A stretch of 62,649 nucleotides of DNA. Origin: Desulfobacterales bacterium. Lineage in GTDB: Bacteria; Desulfobacterota; Desulfobacteria; Desulfobacterales; UBA5616. The position numbers were made by a program, and so were the translations under genes. Below the pieces are notes generated by a model. It worked only from the letters and a program-made list of their open reading frames with translations. It made no database searches and had not been told where the DNA came from. The DNA lies in assembly GCA_046483495.1 (NCBI GenBank), contig JAWODC010000048.1, forward strand, positions 1 through 62,649, written 5' to 3'. Positions within the stretch are counted from its first letter, which is position 1, and each line of letters starts with the position of its first letter. Shown in pieces: positions 1-9,466 of the stretch.

Positions 1-27
1 CGAAATCGTCCAGCTCCGCACAACACC

Positions 28-229
28 TCACTGTGCTAACTCAGTCGCCCCGGCGGAAACATGGGCCTTGTCGCCTGCTTGATCCAAGATCTGCCATAGT
101 GCCGCCTCGATAGCCACCAGCAGCCGATAGCAAGCCACGTCGAGTACGTCTTGATCTGCCAGAAACGCAGCTCGCGACAGCTCACGCATTCGCCCCAGGC
201 GCTCCACGGATTCCCCAAGCCACCTGACG
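28..229 (-). pseudogene. HepT/DUF86-like HEPN ribonuclease toxin remnant
   Basis: ESVERLGRMRELSRAAFLADQDVLDVACYRLLVAIEAAL resembles the DUF86 N-terminus. It jumps directly to a C-terminal-like WQILDQAGD, has no RxxxxH motif, and its 5' end is interrupted by a MITE. Confidence 0.55.
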
Positions 230-388
230 GAGGGTGTTGAAAAACGTTCCGCGAACCGATCGCACAGGGCAGATGCCCCACTTTCGGCGCGAGATCGGCA
301 CGAAGTAGGGAGAGCATGCCAAGAACAGGCCATTCTGCCGCGTGCACGCCCCACCAATTAGGCCAGAAGCGATTTATTCAACACCCTC
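230..388. mobile_element. MITE / non-autonomous IS remnant (~159 bp)
   Basis: Terminal inverted repeats GAGGGTGTTGAAAAA (230-244) and TTATTCAACACCCTC (374-388), 14/15 match. Flanked by the direct repeat CTGACG at 224-229 and 389-394. No transposase. Confidence 0.75.
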
Positions 389-419
389 CTGACGTACGTT
401 GGTCGAGCCTGGCCTTTTA

Positions 420-428
420 TGGTAGAAT
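420..428 (+). promoter_or_regulatory. Possible extended -10 promoter (TGGTAGAAT)
   Basis: TGnTAGAAT in an AT-richer patch ~260 nt upstream of the 693 CDS. Confidence 0.3.
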
Positions 429-692
429 CTTGTCCGTGCGTTAGTTTGGTTTCCGGTGCGGGACGGCATCGTGGTCCTCAAGCGCTGTTTGGGCGAGAAG
501 AGGGCCATTTGCTTCCGTGGTAATCCATCTCCTTGTGAGGGCCGGTGTTCGTTGCCCTCTGCCAGCCAACCCGGCCGCAGTCTGGATGGGGCGGTGCGGT
601 TGAGGGAAACCGAGGGGATGGTCTAGCGTGGAGCGTGTGGCGGAGAGCCCAAGGGCTCGAAGCTCGCGCCGGTTCAAAGTGAGGAGGTTTTC

Positions 693-1952
693 GTGCGTAG
701 AGCCGTTCTATTGTCGCTGGTGTTGCTGCTGGGCTTGAGTGCGGGATGCGGCGGCGAGGCGAGCCCGTCGCCTTCACCGTCCCCGTCGTCGACACCGACG
801 TCAGCGCCGGTTACAGAGGCGACCGATTCGCCTGGTAACACCCCAACGTCTTCTGGACCCGCAAGCTGCGAGGTCTTCACCCTGCCGTCGCAAGCCCCGA
901 TTCCGCCCATTGACGAAGATGATCACGTCGTCGGACCCGATGACGCATCGATCACGTTTATCGAGTATGCCGATTTCGAGTGCCCGGCTTGCTCGCAGCT
1001 GCATACCCTGCGGGAATACCTTCGGGACAAGTACGGGGATGAGCTCCGTTTCGTGTACCGGCACCTACCCTTGATCAGCATCCACGATAAGGCGGTCATC
1101 ACCGCCGAGGCGGTCGAAGCGGCTGCCGCCCAGGGGAAGTTCTGGGAGCTGCACGACCTGCTGTACGAGAGGCAGCAGGAGTGGAGGGAGCTGTCGGAGG
1201 AGGACCTCGTGGAGAAGCTGGTCGAGTACGCCGGAGATCTGGAGCTCGACACGGGGCAGTTCGAAGAGGCGTTGACGGAGCACACCTACAGAGACGATAT
1301 TCTCGCCGACCTTGAAGCCTACGAGGAGTACGGCCAGATGGCGACCCCGACCTACGTGGTCAACAAAATCTTCTATCCGACGCAGCAGTTCGGTGGTTTT
1401 GGACAGCTTGAGGGGTTTATTGGCCTGGTGACGATGCGGGAGCGGATGTATGACTCACCGCCACCACAGGTGATAGAAGCGGACAAGGAGTACGTGGCCA
1501 CGATCCGGACGAGCAAGGGCGACATCACGGTCGAGCTCTTCGAGGACCAGGCGCCGACCAACGTCAACAGCTTCGTCTTTCTGGCCCAAGAAGGATGGTA
1601 CGACGGGCTCGACTTCTTCTACGTGAACCACGACCAGTTTGCTGTGAGCGGCGATCCGACGAACTCGGCGAGCGCCTTGCCCTATCCTGGCTACACCTGT
1701 GAAGACGAGACCACGCCTGATCTCTCGTTCGATGAGGGTGGCTTGCTGGCACTGTACACCTCTGCTCCAAATCGGAACAGCAGCTCGTTCCTCATCACGT
1801 ACGCCCCCCAGCCAGATTTCACGGGTAACCTGACCATCATCGGCCGGGTCACCGGGGAAATGGATGTCGCGGAACGTCTCACGGAGACAGCTCCACGCGC
1901 TGATCAGGCGGAGCCTGACGCGATTGAGACGATCGTGATTGAGGAGAAGTAG
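693..1952 (+). CDS. Lipoprotein: DsbA/thioredoxin domain fused to a cyclophilin-like domain
   Basis: Lipobox LSAGC and a Pro/Ser/Thr linker; EYADFECPAC and FVYRHLPL (DsbA-type); C-terminal YVATIRTSKGDITVELFEDQAPTNVNSFVFLAQEGWYDG (cyclophilin fold). Confidence 0.85.
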   Translation: MRRAVLLSLVLLLGLSAGCGGEASPSPSPSPSSTPTSAPVTEATDSPGNTPTSSGPASCEVFTLPSQAPIPPIDEDDHVVGPDDASITFIEYADFECPACSQLHTLREYLRDKYGDELRFVYRHLPLISIHDKAVITAEAVEAAAAQGKFWELHDLLYERQQEWRELSEEDLVEKLVEYAGDLELDTGQFEEALTEHTYRDDILADLEAYEEYGQMATPTYVVNKIFYPTQQFGGFGQLEGFIGLVTMRERMYDSPPPQVIEADKEYVATIRTSKGDITVELFEDQAPTNVNSFVFLAQEGWYDGLDFFYVNHDQFAVSGDPTNSASALPYPGYTCEDETTPDLSFDEGGLLALYTSAPNRNSSSFLITYAPQPDFTGNLTIIGRVTGEMDVAERLTETAPRADQAEPDAIETIVIEEK

Positions 1953-1971
1953 GTCACTGGAAGAGGTCACC

Positions 1972-2667
1972 ATGGCTCAACGCGCGCCGTCGATCAAGGA
2001 TCTTCCCATCGAGGAGCGGCCCCGCGAGCGGCTGATCAAGGTTGGCGAGGGAGCGCTCTCGACGACGGAGTTGGTGGCCATTATCTTGCGCACCGGTGTG
2101 GGCGGTGAGAGTGCGCTCGACGTCGCCCGTCGCCTGCTTTCCGACTATGACGGACTGCCTGGACTCGCTCGAGCCAGCTTTGCGGAGCTGCGGGCGGAGC
2201 GTGGACTGGGAAACGCGAAGACGGCGCAGCTGAAGGCAGCGCTGGAGCTGGGTCGGCGTATGCTCTTGGCCACCCCGGAGGACCGGCTGGTCGTGCGTTC
2301 CCCATCCGATGTCGCGCAGCTCCTGATGGCCGAGATGGCTCATCTGGAGCAGGAGAACTTCCAGGTGTTGTACCTCGACACGCGCAACCGGCTGCTTGGC
2401 TCCGAGACCGTCTACGTGGGTACCTTAAACGCCTCCCACATCCGCGTGGCCGAGGTCTTCCGTGACGCCGTCAAGCGGAACTGTGCGGCGGTTATCGTGG
2501 CGCACAATCATCCCTCCGGGGATCCGTCGCCGTCGCCCGAGGACGTGGAAGTCACCCGACAGCTTATCGCAGCCGGTCGGCTGCTCAGCATTGAGGTGCT
2601 GGACCACCTGGTCATTGGGCAGCAGCGGTTCGTGAGCCTGCGCGAGCGTGGATTAGGGTTTGAGTAG
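1972..2667 (+). CDS. radC: RadC / JAB-domain protein (UPF0758)
   Basis: ERPRERL N-terminus, HhH GLGNAK and JAB motif HNHPSGDPSPSPED...LDHLVIG; ATG at 1972 after GAAGAGG. Confidence 0.93.
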   Translation: MAQRAPSIKDLPIEERPRERLIKVGEGALSTTELVAIILRTGVGGESALDVARRLLSDYDGLPGLARASFAELRAERGLGNAKTAQLKAALELGRRMLLATPEDRLVVRSPSDVAQLLMAEMAHLEQENFQVLYLDTRNRLLGSETVYVGTLNASHIRVAEVFRDAVKRNCAAVIVAHNHPSGDPSPSPEDVEVTRQLIAAGRLLSIEVLDHLVIGQQRFVSLRERGLGFE

Positions 2668-2672
2668 GGCAG

Positions 2673-5366
2673 ATGTCGGAGGAGGACGCCGTGTCGGATG
2701 ATGCGTCGGACGACGCACTGAGAAACGGTGACTCGAGGGAGCCCGGGGAGGCTGTCGGTTCCGAGGGGACCGGTCAATCGAGCTACGTGCTCCTACCGCG
2801 GGTCCGAGACAGCGTTGACAGGCTGGAGTGGCGAATCGCCGTTGCCGTGGGGTCCTCTCAGGGATTCCAGACCATGGGGCACTCGCGTGACGAGGCGGGC
2901 GGTGGGGCACCGGATTGCCTGGTGACGGTCATCAACCCGGCGCATTGGGGCGATGACCTGAGATCCTGGTACGAGGAGCGGTATCCGGGCGTCTCATATC
3001 GCGCGATCGCAGCTGAGGCTCCCTGGGAGGCGGCGATACACCTGCTGCCGGAACTGCGGGAAGATATCGCGCTGGCACAGGATGACCCTCGATGGAAGGA
3101 CAGCGAGTTCGGCGAGGAGCCCGGCAGAGGAGATATTGGAGAGTACGGGGGGCTGCTCACGGGACTCGGTATCATCCTGCGCAAGATCTATCAGCGGAGC
3201 GTCACGCCGCCGTATCTCGATAAGCTGCTGGTAGCTGCTCGCGCGGCGTTCGTCAGTGGGAACGTCTTGCTCTGGAAGAGCGCAGTCTCCTTGTTTTCGG
3301 CCTTCGACGACAGCATCAAGGACGACAAGGGGCGTTCCGCCGAGCAGTTGGCGACGCTGCTGAACGGGGGATGGGAGATCGTCCTGAGGGAACACGGTCA
3401 GGCGGGTGGAGAACGAGAGGGCTTTGCTTACCTCGAGAGCGTGGAGGGCGAGGCGCTCCACGTGATTGACATCGGGGATGGAGAGCGTCGGGAGCGGGCG
3501 GCCGGCGACTATCAGGGTATCCGGGCTGCCCACGCTGACGAGATGCCGACCACTCCTGGTTTCGAACTGCTGGTGGGCAGCGGGGAACCGGCAGCGGGTG
3601 GGCCCCTGGAATCCTATGAACACGCATACGTGCTCTTGCCGTGGGTCGAGGACGAAGTCGAGCGATCGGAGTGGCGTGTGGCTGCCGCGATCGGGTCTTC
3701 CGACGGCATGGAGACCGTCGGACACCTGCCTGGCGACGTGGATCGGGGGCCTCCCCACAGGGAGGTCATCGCGGTCAATCCCAGTCAGTGGAGAGATGAC
3801 CTGCAGGCCTGGTACGAGGGACACCGCCGCGAGGCTCGTGTTCGGGCAATCGAGGCGGGCAGCCCGTGGGAGATGGCGGTGAAGGTTCTGCCGAAGCTGA
3901 AAGGGGATGTCGCCCTAGCCCAGACGGATCGGCGCTGGGCGGGGTATGACTTCGGCGAGCATCCAGACGTCGGGGCGGAGAGCATCGGGCGGTATGGTTG
4001 CTTCCTTACCGGGCTGGCGATCATCCTGCGTCAGGTCTACCGACGCGAGGTGACGCCGCCGGTGCTTGACAAGCTGCTGGTGGCGGCCCGGGCGGCCTAC
4101 GTCGGGGATAACCTGATGGCTTGGCACGGTGCTGTGCCCTTGTTCGCGGCTTTCGACGAATCGATAAAGGACAACAAGCCGCGTTCGGCGCTGGAGCTGA
4201 GGCAGCTGCTGGACGAAGGCTGGGAGGTCATCCTCAGGCGGGCGGACGGCGGCCATTTCGTCTATCTGGAGGACGTCGAAGGTGGCAGGCTACATATCAT
4301 CGACCCGTGGGACGGGAAGCGGAAGCAGAAGGTGGCCACCGACTACCTGGGCATCCGGGCGGCGCACGTAAAGGAGGAGGTCGTTCGCGAGGGGCCTCAC
4401 GTTCTCGTCGGGTTGCACGACGAGGCGGGAGGGGAGTGGATGGTCGAGCGAGGGATGGTGGGCTGCTGTGTGATCCCCTACCAGATCCAGCGGCGACCCG
4501 TGGAGCTGGACCTCACACATCTCTCCGAGGCAGGGATCGTGGTGATCGGACGTCTGACCTGGGGCTACGCCGATGGGACCGGAACGTTACCAGCGCCGAC
4601 GGACAGAGATGCGTTTATTGACGCTGTCGCAGAGACGATGCGTTCAGCCGCGGGGGTGGACTATTTCCACGTTGGCAGTGGGCCGAACAACCGCCGCGAG
4701 TGGCCCACGTTCGCGAGCGGGAATCCGTTCGATCTGACGGCGGAATACGTGACTGAAATCTACAATCGTATCTGGGAACGCGTCGCGGGCGCGGCCCGGA
4801 TGGGCCCACCGCCGATGGATCCGTACTTCGGCCCTGGCTCGAACAATCGTGAGTGGTGGACGTACGTCCTGGAGCACATCGACGGGGCTGACGCGCTGTT
4901 CCTTCACGCCAAGACGCAGACGAACGATCCAGACGAGGTGTGGTCGAAGGAGAAGTTCTCGGACTGGCCGTTGGAGTGGCAGTATCTCCACCTCTCAGTT
5001 GTCGAGACTGCGCTTGAGGTCGTGCCGAACAGGTTTGAGGGACTCCCGGTCTTCGTCAGTGAGCTCAATCCTCAGTGCCTCCGAACCCTGGGAGGGGAGG
5101 TGGGCTGGCTACCGGACAATGCGGACTGGGTACGTGAAGCGGTCCACTACTTCCGTGAAGAAACGGGTGTTACGGGGGTGGCCTTCTATCGTTACAGCCC
5201 CATGGGAGATCAGAAGCCGTTCAGCCTGCAGGACAAACCGGTCATCCTGGAAGCCATCGAGGAAGAGGCTGAGATAGCGCCTTCGAAAGGCGAGGAGGAG
5301 GTTGTCAGGCGACCCGTGGGTCTCCCTCCCGAGATCTGGAAGAAGGTCGTCGAGGCGCGTGGCTGA
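2673..5366 (+). CDS. Multidomain protein: two tandem modules each ending in a peptidase C39-like domain, plus a C-terminal glycoside-hydrolase-like barrel
   Basis: Internal repeat YVLLP...IRAAH occurs twice. Copy 2 has AQTDRRW...IGRYGCFLT...GHFVYL...IIDPWDG. The C-terminal domain has GLHD, HVGSGPNN and VFVSELN. Confidence 0.7.
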   Translation: MSEEDAVSDDASDDALRNGDSREPGEAVGSEGTGQSSYVLLPRVRDSVDRLEWRIAVAVGSSQGFQTMGHSRDEAGGGAPDCLVTVINPAHWGDDLRSWYEERYPGVSYRAIAAEAPWEAAIHLLPELREDIALAQDDPRWKDSEFGEEPGRGDIGEYGGLLTGLGIILRKIYQRSVTPPYLDKLLVAARAAFVSGNVLLWKSAVSLFSAFDDSIKDDKGRSAEQLATLLNGGWEIVLREHGQAGGEREGFAYLESVEGEALHVIDIGDGERRERAAGDYQGIRAAHADEMPTTPGFELLVGSGEPAAGGPLESYEHAYVLLPWVEDEVERSEWRVAAAIGSSDGMETVGHLPGDVDRGPPHREVIAVNPSQWRDDLQAWYEGHRREARVRAIEAGSPWEMAVKVLPKLKGDVALAQTDRRWAGYDFGEHPDVGAESIGRYGCFLTGLAIILRQVYRREVTPPVLDKLLVAARAAYVGDNLMAWHGAVPLFAAFDESIKDNKPRSALELRQLLDEGWEVILRRADGGHFVYLEDVEGGRLHIIDPWDGKRKQKVATDYLGIRAAHVKEEVVREGPHVLVGLHDEAGGEWMVERGMVGCCVIPYQIQRRPVELDLTHLSEAGIVVIGRLTWGYADGTGTLPAPTDRDAFIDAVAETMRSAAGVDYFHVGSGPNNRREWPTFASGNPFDLTAEYVTEIYNRIWERVAGAARMGPPPMDPYFGPGSNNREWWTYVLEHIDGADALFLHAKTQTNDPDEVWSKEKFSDWPLEWQYLHLSVVETALEVVPNRFEGLPVFVSELNPQCLRTLGGEVGWLPDNADWVREAVHYFREETGVTGVAFYRYSPMGDQKPFSLQDKPVILEAIEEEAEIAPSKGEEEVVRRPVGLPPEIWKKVVEARG
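2784..4367 (+). repeat. Diverged intragenic duplication (~250 aa x2; 2784-3533 and 3627-4367)
   Basis: Shared strings such as VTPPxLDKLLVAARAA, AFDxSIKD, GWExxLR and DYxGIRAAH. Confidence 0.85.
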
Positions 5367-5406
5367 GGGGAGATTCTGATCGCGGAGGCCCCGGATCCTC
5401 CAGCGG

Positions 5407-5997
5407 CTACTCTTGAGCCAACAGCTCTATCTCGGTGACCATGGCGTCGAAGCTGTGGCCGGAAGCGTAGACGGTCAGGCTCTGAATAAGGGCCGGGGGG
5501 TTCTCGCTCAGCTCTTGCATGAGGTTGGGGGAGCTGTAAGGGTGCCAGGCTCCCGCCTCCAGTCTCTCGTGCCACTCCTTGAGGGGCCAATCCTCTGCTG
5601 GTTGGCCGACGTAGAAGCCGCGGAGCCAGTCACGATCGGCGCCGTGGATGTCCTTGTAGTCGATGCGAACGATGACGGGACACTCCGACCCCAGCGAGCC
5701 GCACCCTCCGAAGCCCAAGATATTCTGGCTGACGATGTTGACGGCCATGTAGAGCTCAAGGGAGGCAAAATCCCGCACGTCATAGTTGATCTCCTGCGTG
5801 ATGCCCACCTCGGCGTGGTTGACGGCATCGCGGTGGAACTCGACCACGTCCCTCTCCTCGCCGTCAACTGGAACAGTGATGATTTCAACTCTGCCTGGCG
5901 GCAACTCGGGATCTGTCTGTTCCTCGTAGCTCTCCCACCCAGTCTGAAGGGGCTCCTCAAAGTTGCCGTTCCGAACCAGGTTTCGGGCGGCGGGCAA
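5407..5997 (-). CDS. C-terminal fragment of an extracellular protein with a carbohydrate-binding-like domain (5'-truncated at the junction)
   Basis: RNLVRNGNFEE..W is a typical CBM-like start; codon style matches the GC-rich segment; no credible start or RBS upstream. Confidence 0.6.
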   Translation of the reverse strand: MPAARNLVRNGNFEEPLQTGWESYEEQTDPELPPGRVEIITVPVDGEERDVVEFHRDAVNHAEVGITQEINYDVRDFASLELYMAVNIVSQNILGFGGCGSLGSECPVIVRIDYKDIHGADRDWLRGFYVGQPAEDWPLKEWHERLEAGAWHPYSSPNLMQELSENPPALIQSLTVYASGHSFDAMVTEIELLAQE

Positions 5998-6250
5998 GGG
6001 GGACTGCCTGTAAGTCCTTCGAAGCTGCCGAATGTCGGTGAAGGGGAAATGTTTTTTGGGATGTCGTATAATCGAACCCTTGCGGCGTTCTGTATCGTGA
6101 TGCTGGTTTTTATCTTGTATCTGTTCCTGAAATCCGACATCGGTTTTCGCATATTCGGAGCCTCTCGAATATCACAAAGTCCGGGCCATCCGGAACCGAT
6201 GGTATAAAAGCGCAGCTTCGCAGCTGCTGTTCGCTGTGACGGGTGCCTGC

Positions 6251-7300
6251 CTATGCTTTTTTTGCCTGGGCCAATCCCAGGTCCGCCAGCGGTTCGGCCA
6301 ATGCCGATGTTTCTTTTGCCTGGCGGCTGGCGGCGGTGCCGTCCTTTACCCTGCCCAGAATACCGAACACGATGGCGGAAACCCGGAAGAAATTGAATGC
6401 CATGTAGTAATCCCGGTTTTCAATGGCGGTGACCCCGGTTCTCCGGCAGTAGGCGGCAACATATTCCTCCTCCGTGGGTATGTTCAATGCATGCAAATCC
6501 AGACCGGCCAGCCCCCTGCCTTCACCGGCGGGCATTCGCCAGGTCATGCAGTGATAGCAGAAATCCGAAACAGGGTGGCCCAAGGTGGAGATTTCCCAAT
6601 CGAGAATAGCCATTATGCGCGGCTCTTCGGGATGGTAAATGATGTTGTCCATGCGATAGTCGCCATGCACCAAAGCGGTCTGGTCATCTTCGGGAATATT
6701 TTTATTCAGCCAGTCGATCAGTTCCTCCATGGGAGGATATCCCTGGTCCACCGAAGAGCGGTATTGCTTGGTCCAACGGGAAAGCTGACGGGCGAAATAG
6801 TTGCCTTTTTTCCCGAAGTCTTCCAGCCCGATCCCTTTATAATCGACCATGTGAAGTGCGGCGATTGACGCATTCATGGCATCGAAGAGGGCGGGCCGCT
6901 GCTCGAACGGCGTTTCCTGATAGCTCCAGAAAATCCGGCCGTCCACGTAATCCATGATGTAAAACCAACTGCCGATGACCGAATCGTCCGTACAAAGACA
7001 ATACGTTTTTGCTACCGGAACATCGGTTTGGGCGAGTGCGGTGATCACCTTGTATTCCCGGTCGACGGCATGGGCGGATTTCAACAGTTTCCCCGAGGGT
7101 TTTCGGCGAAGCACGTATGTTTTTTCCGGTGTTATAATCTGGTAGGTGGGATTGGACTGCCCCCCTTTGAATTGTTTTACTTGAATCGGCCCTTCGAACC
7201 CGGCGACGTTTTCGGCCATATAGGCTTGGAGTGCGTCGGTATCCAATTCATAGCCTTTCCGGACGTCGCCGGCTCCGCTGAATTCCGCCTGTCGGTTCAT
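6251..7300 (-). CDS. Aminoglycoside-phosphotransferase-family kinase (ACAD10/11- or LvaA-like)
   Basis: QFKGGQSNPTY, VLRRKP, SAHAVDREY, HGDYRMDN, ILDWE; ATG at 7300 with GGAG RBS. Confidence 0.9.
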   Translation of the reverse strand: MNRQAEFSGAGDVRKGYELDTDALQAYMAENVAGFEGPIQVKQFKGGQSNPTYQIITPEKTYVLRRKPSGKLLKSAHAVDREYKVITALAQTDVPVAKTYCLCTDDSVIGSWFYIMDYVDGRIFWSYQETPFEQRPALFDAMNASIAALHMVDYKGIGLEDFGKKGNYFARQLSRWTKQYRSSVDQGYPPMEELIDWLNKNIPEDDQTALVHGDYRMDNIIYHPEEPRIMAILDWEISTLGHPVSDFCYHCMTWRMPAGEGRGLAGLDLHALNIPTEEEYVAAYCRRTGVTAIENRDYYMAFNFFRVSAIVFGILGRVKDGTAASRQAKETSALAEPLADLGLAQAKKA

Positions 7301-7367
7301 CACTATCTCTCCGGTAATCCGAATGAATTTGGTTTGCTGAAAAATACACCTGAAAGTGTGGACTAAA

Positions 7368-7389
7368 CAACGCTTCACGTGAAGCGTTG
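7368..7389. terminator. Perfect 22-bp palindrome, probable terminator after aor (or an operator)
   Basis: CAACGCTTCACGTGAAGCGTTG, followed by TTT on the minus strand, 18 nt after the aor stop. Confidence 0.55.
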
Positions 7390-7406
7390 CCGTTTCCGGA
7401 CGAACA

Positions 7407-9398
7407 CTATTTCGTGTTGCTTGTCGTCAGTTCATCGATGTTCAATTCCCGGATAAGATGTTCTTCGGGGACTCCGGTTTCTTCATTCCAGCCGAATTGT
7501 TTCCAATGCCGTTTCACCATGTCTTCAATCGGCAGCGTAATTCCCTTCAAGGCGCCCCCTGTCAGCGGCGGATCGCCTTTTACCCGGCCCTTCATGATGA
7601 AGTCTTTCGGCAAAACGCCGTGTTTGACATTGAACATCTGGCGCAAGGTCTGTATCCGTTTGCCGATTTCCATGTAGTCATCCGCGGACACGTTCCATCC
7701 GGTCGCAAAATTCAGCATCTCGAAAAGGTTCCAGTGATCCAGGCCCATGATCTGGGCAAAAAAACACCCGCCCGCGCCATCGTTTAGTTCCTTGTAGGCG
7801 GACATGGCCACACTCTTAAGGGCTTCTTCGTCGGACGGCACATAGTCCCGGCTCTTGGGATGCTTTTTGACTTCCGGCGCCCAGCTGACCTCCTGCCACA
7901 GGTGCATCATATTGTAGTATATGCCGGCGCCGATCGTATGGCGCCCTGGTGTGGGGTCCGCACTGAAATGAACCCCTAGCAGAGGATCCATTTTGGGATC
8001 ATGCATACCGGGCTCCTGGCCGCCCACGTGAACGGCAAATTTTTCGAACTCCGGGCCGAGCTTTGAAACGGCGCTTTTGACCCCATCCGCCAGTATGTCA
8101 CCGATGCCCTCGCGCCGGACCATCTTTTCCAAGAGGGCGATCAAGGCGTCGGCATCCCCCCACTTCAGGGTGAGGCCGTCCGTATCCTTTTCCGTGATCA
8201 ACCCGTTTTCAAAACACTCGATGGCAAATGCGGCGGTATTCCCTGCCGATATGGTATCCATACCCGCCCGGTTCAGCATTTCGTTAATGTAAAAAACGGC
8301 ATCGAGATCATTGTTCAAGAGGCCGCATCCGAAAGAGGAGCAGGTTTCGTATTCCGGTTTGTGGGTGTGGGCATATCGGCCGTTTCGAATGTCTTCGATC
8401 CGGCACATGCCTCCGCAGCCGATGACACAGGAGCTGCAGTAATACTTGCGGGTTTCGCGGGCCAGAATACGGTCCGGATTCAATGTCCTGTATTTTTTGA
8501 ATGGAAAATCCTTGACCGAACCGCTCCAGTTTTTCACGGGCGAGTCCCCATTGGGGAGGCCCATGGTATTCACGGCGATGGTGCCGAACCGTTTGTTCGC
8601 CATTGCCGCCATCATGCCGTCACTCGGGGCGGTACTTTTCTGCATCGCTTGAAGTTTGCCCATGATCGGGAAAATGGATCCTTTCAGGAATTTCGGCAGA
8701 TTGGCGTTTTTTACCTTTCCAGCAAACCGGCGGCTGTATGCTTTCATGCCGTCTTTGTCGTGAATGCCGGTTTTTCCGGACCCATCGAGCACGACCGCCT
8801 TTAAGTTCTTGGACCCCATGACGGCGCCGACCCCGCTTCTTGCCGAAATTCGGCCCCCATCATTTACGATACCGGAAATCAAGGATTGGTTTTCGCCGGC
8901 CTGGCCGATGACCGCAACTTTCGGAGTGCCTTTGGTTTTGCATTCGTTCTGCAGGATTTTTTCGGATTCGACGGCATCTTTTCCCCAAACATGGGCCGCA
9001 TCCCGCAATTGGGCGGTTTCTTTATCCATGTACAGGTAAACCGGATGCGGGGATATGCCGGTGAAGAAAACGGCGTCCACACCGCACTGCTTGATGGCAG
9101 GCGCCAGGGTGCCGCCGCAGTTGGCATCCCCCCACCCGCCGGTCAGGGGGGATTTGCAAACGGCCATCCAGCGCCCCGTCATCAGGCTGCCGGTATTGGT
9201 CAGCAGTCCGCTTACGATGCCGAGCATATTGTCCGGCCCCAGCGGATCGGCGTCTGCGGGAATATGCTTATACAAATAGTATGCCCCGAGACCCACTCCC
9301 GATAGAACATTTTTATACACCGCCTCCGGGACTGCTTCCGTTTCGATACTGCCGGTCGTCAGATTGACGTTCAATACCTTTCCCAAATAGCCGTTCAT
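7407..9398 (-). CDS. aor: Aldehyde:ferredoxin oxidoreductase family (tungsten-type)
   Basis: GYLGKVLNVNLT, KSPLTGGWGDANCGG, GAVMGSKNLKAV, CSSCVIGC, EYET, GMDTISAG. Confidence 0.93.
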   Translation of the reverse strand: MNGYLGKVLNVNLTTGSIETEAVPEAVYKNVLSGVGLGAYYLYKHIPADADPLGPDNMLGIVSGLLTNTGSLMTGRWMAVCKSPLTGGWGDANCGGTLAPAIKQCGVDAVFFTGISPHPVYLYMDKETAQLRDAAHVWGKDAVESEKILQNECKTKGTPKVAVIGQAGENQSLISGIVNDGGRISARSGVGAVMGSKNLKAVVLDGSGKTGIHDKDGMKAYSRRFAGKVKNANLPKFLKGSIFPIMGKLQAMQKSTAPSDGMMAAMANKRFGTIAVNTMGLPNGDSPVKNWSGSVKDFPFKKYRTLNPDRILARETRKYYCSSCVIGCGGMCRIEDIRNGRYAHTHKPEYETCSSFGCGLLNNDLDAVFYINEMLNRAGMDTISAGNTAAFAIECFENGLITEKDTDGLTLKWGDADALIALLEKMVRREGIGDILADGVKSAVSKLGPEFEKFAVHVGGQEPGMHDPKMDPLLGVHFSADPTPGRHTIGAGIYYNMMHLWQEVSWAPEVKKHPKSRDYVPSDEEALKSVAMSAYKELNDGAGGCFFAQIMGLDHWNLFEMLNFATGWNVSADDYMEIGKRIQTLRQMFNVKHGVLPKDFIMKGRVKGDPPLTGGALKGITLPIEDMVKRHWKQFGWNEETGVPEEHLIRELNIDELTTSNTK

Positions 9399-9466
9399 GT
9401 TTCTTCTCCCCGAAAAAAGAAATGATGCATCATCAGAAAAGCAGCATTATTCGGTCCACGCCGGAT

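Noticed and set aside
430..690. Long GC-rich leader as a riboswitch or ncRNA
   Set aside because: No recognisable family motif by eye; would need an Rfam/Infernal search
1972..2667. radC as a marker of a mobile or anti-restriction element
   Set aside because: Full-length chromosomal-type RadC with HhH; no mobile genes nearby
5413..6207. 264-aa plus-strand and 214-aa minus-strand ORFs crossing nt 6003
   Set aside because: They span the suspected junction and are likely artefactual fusions
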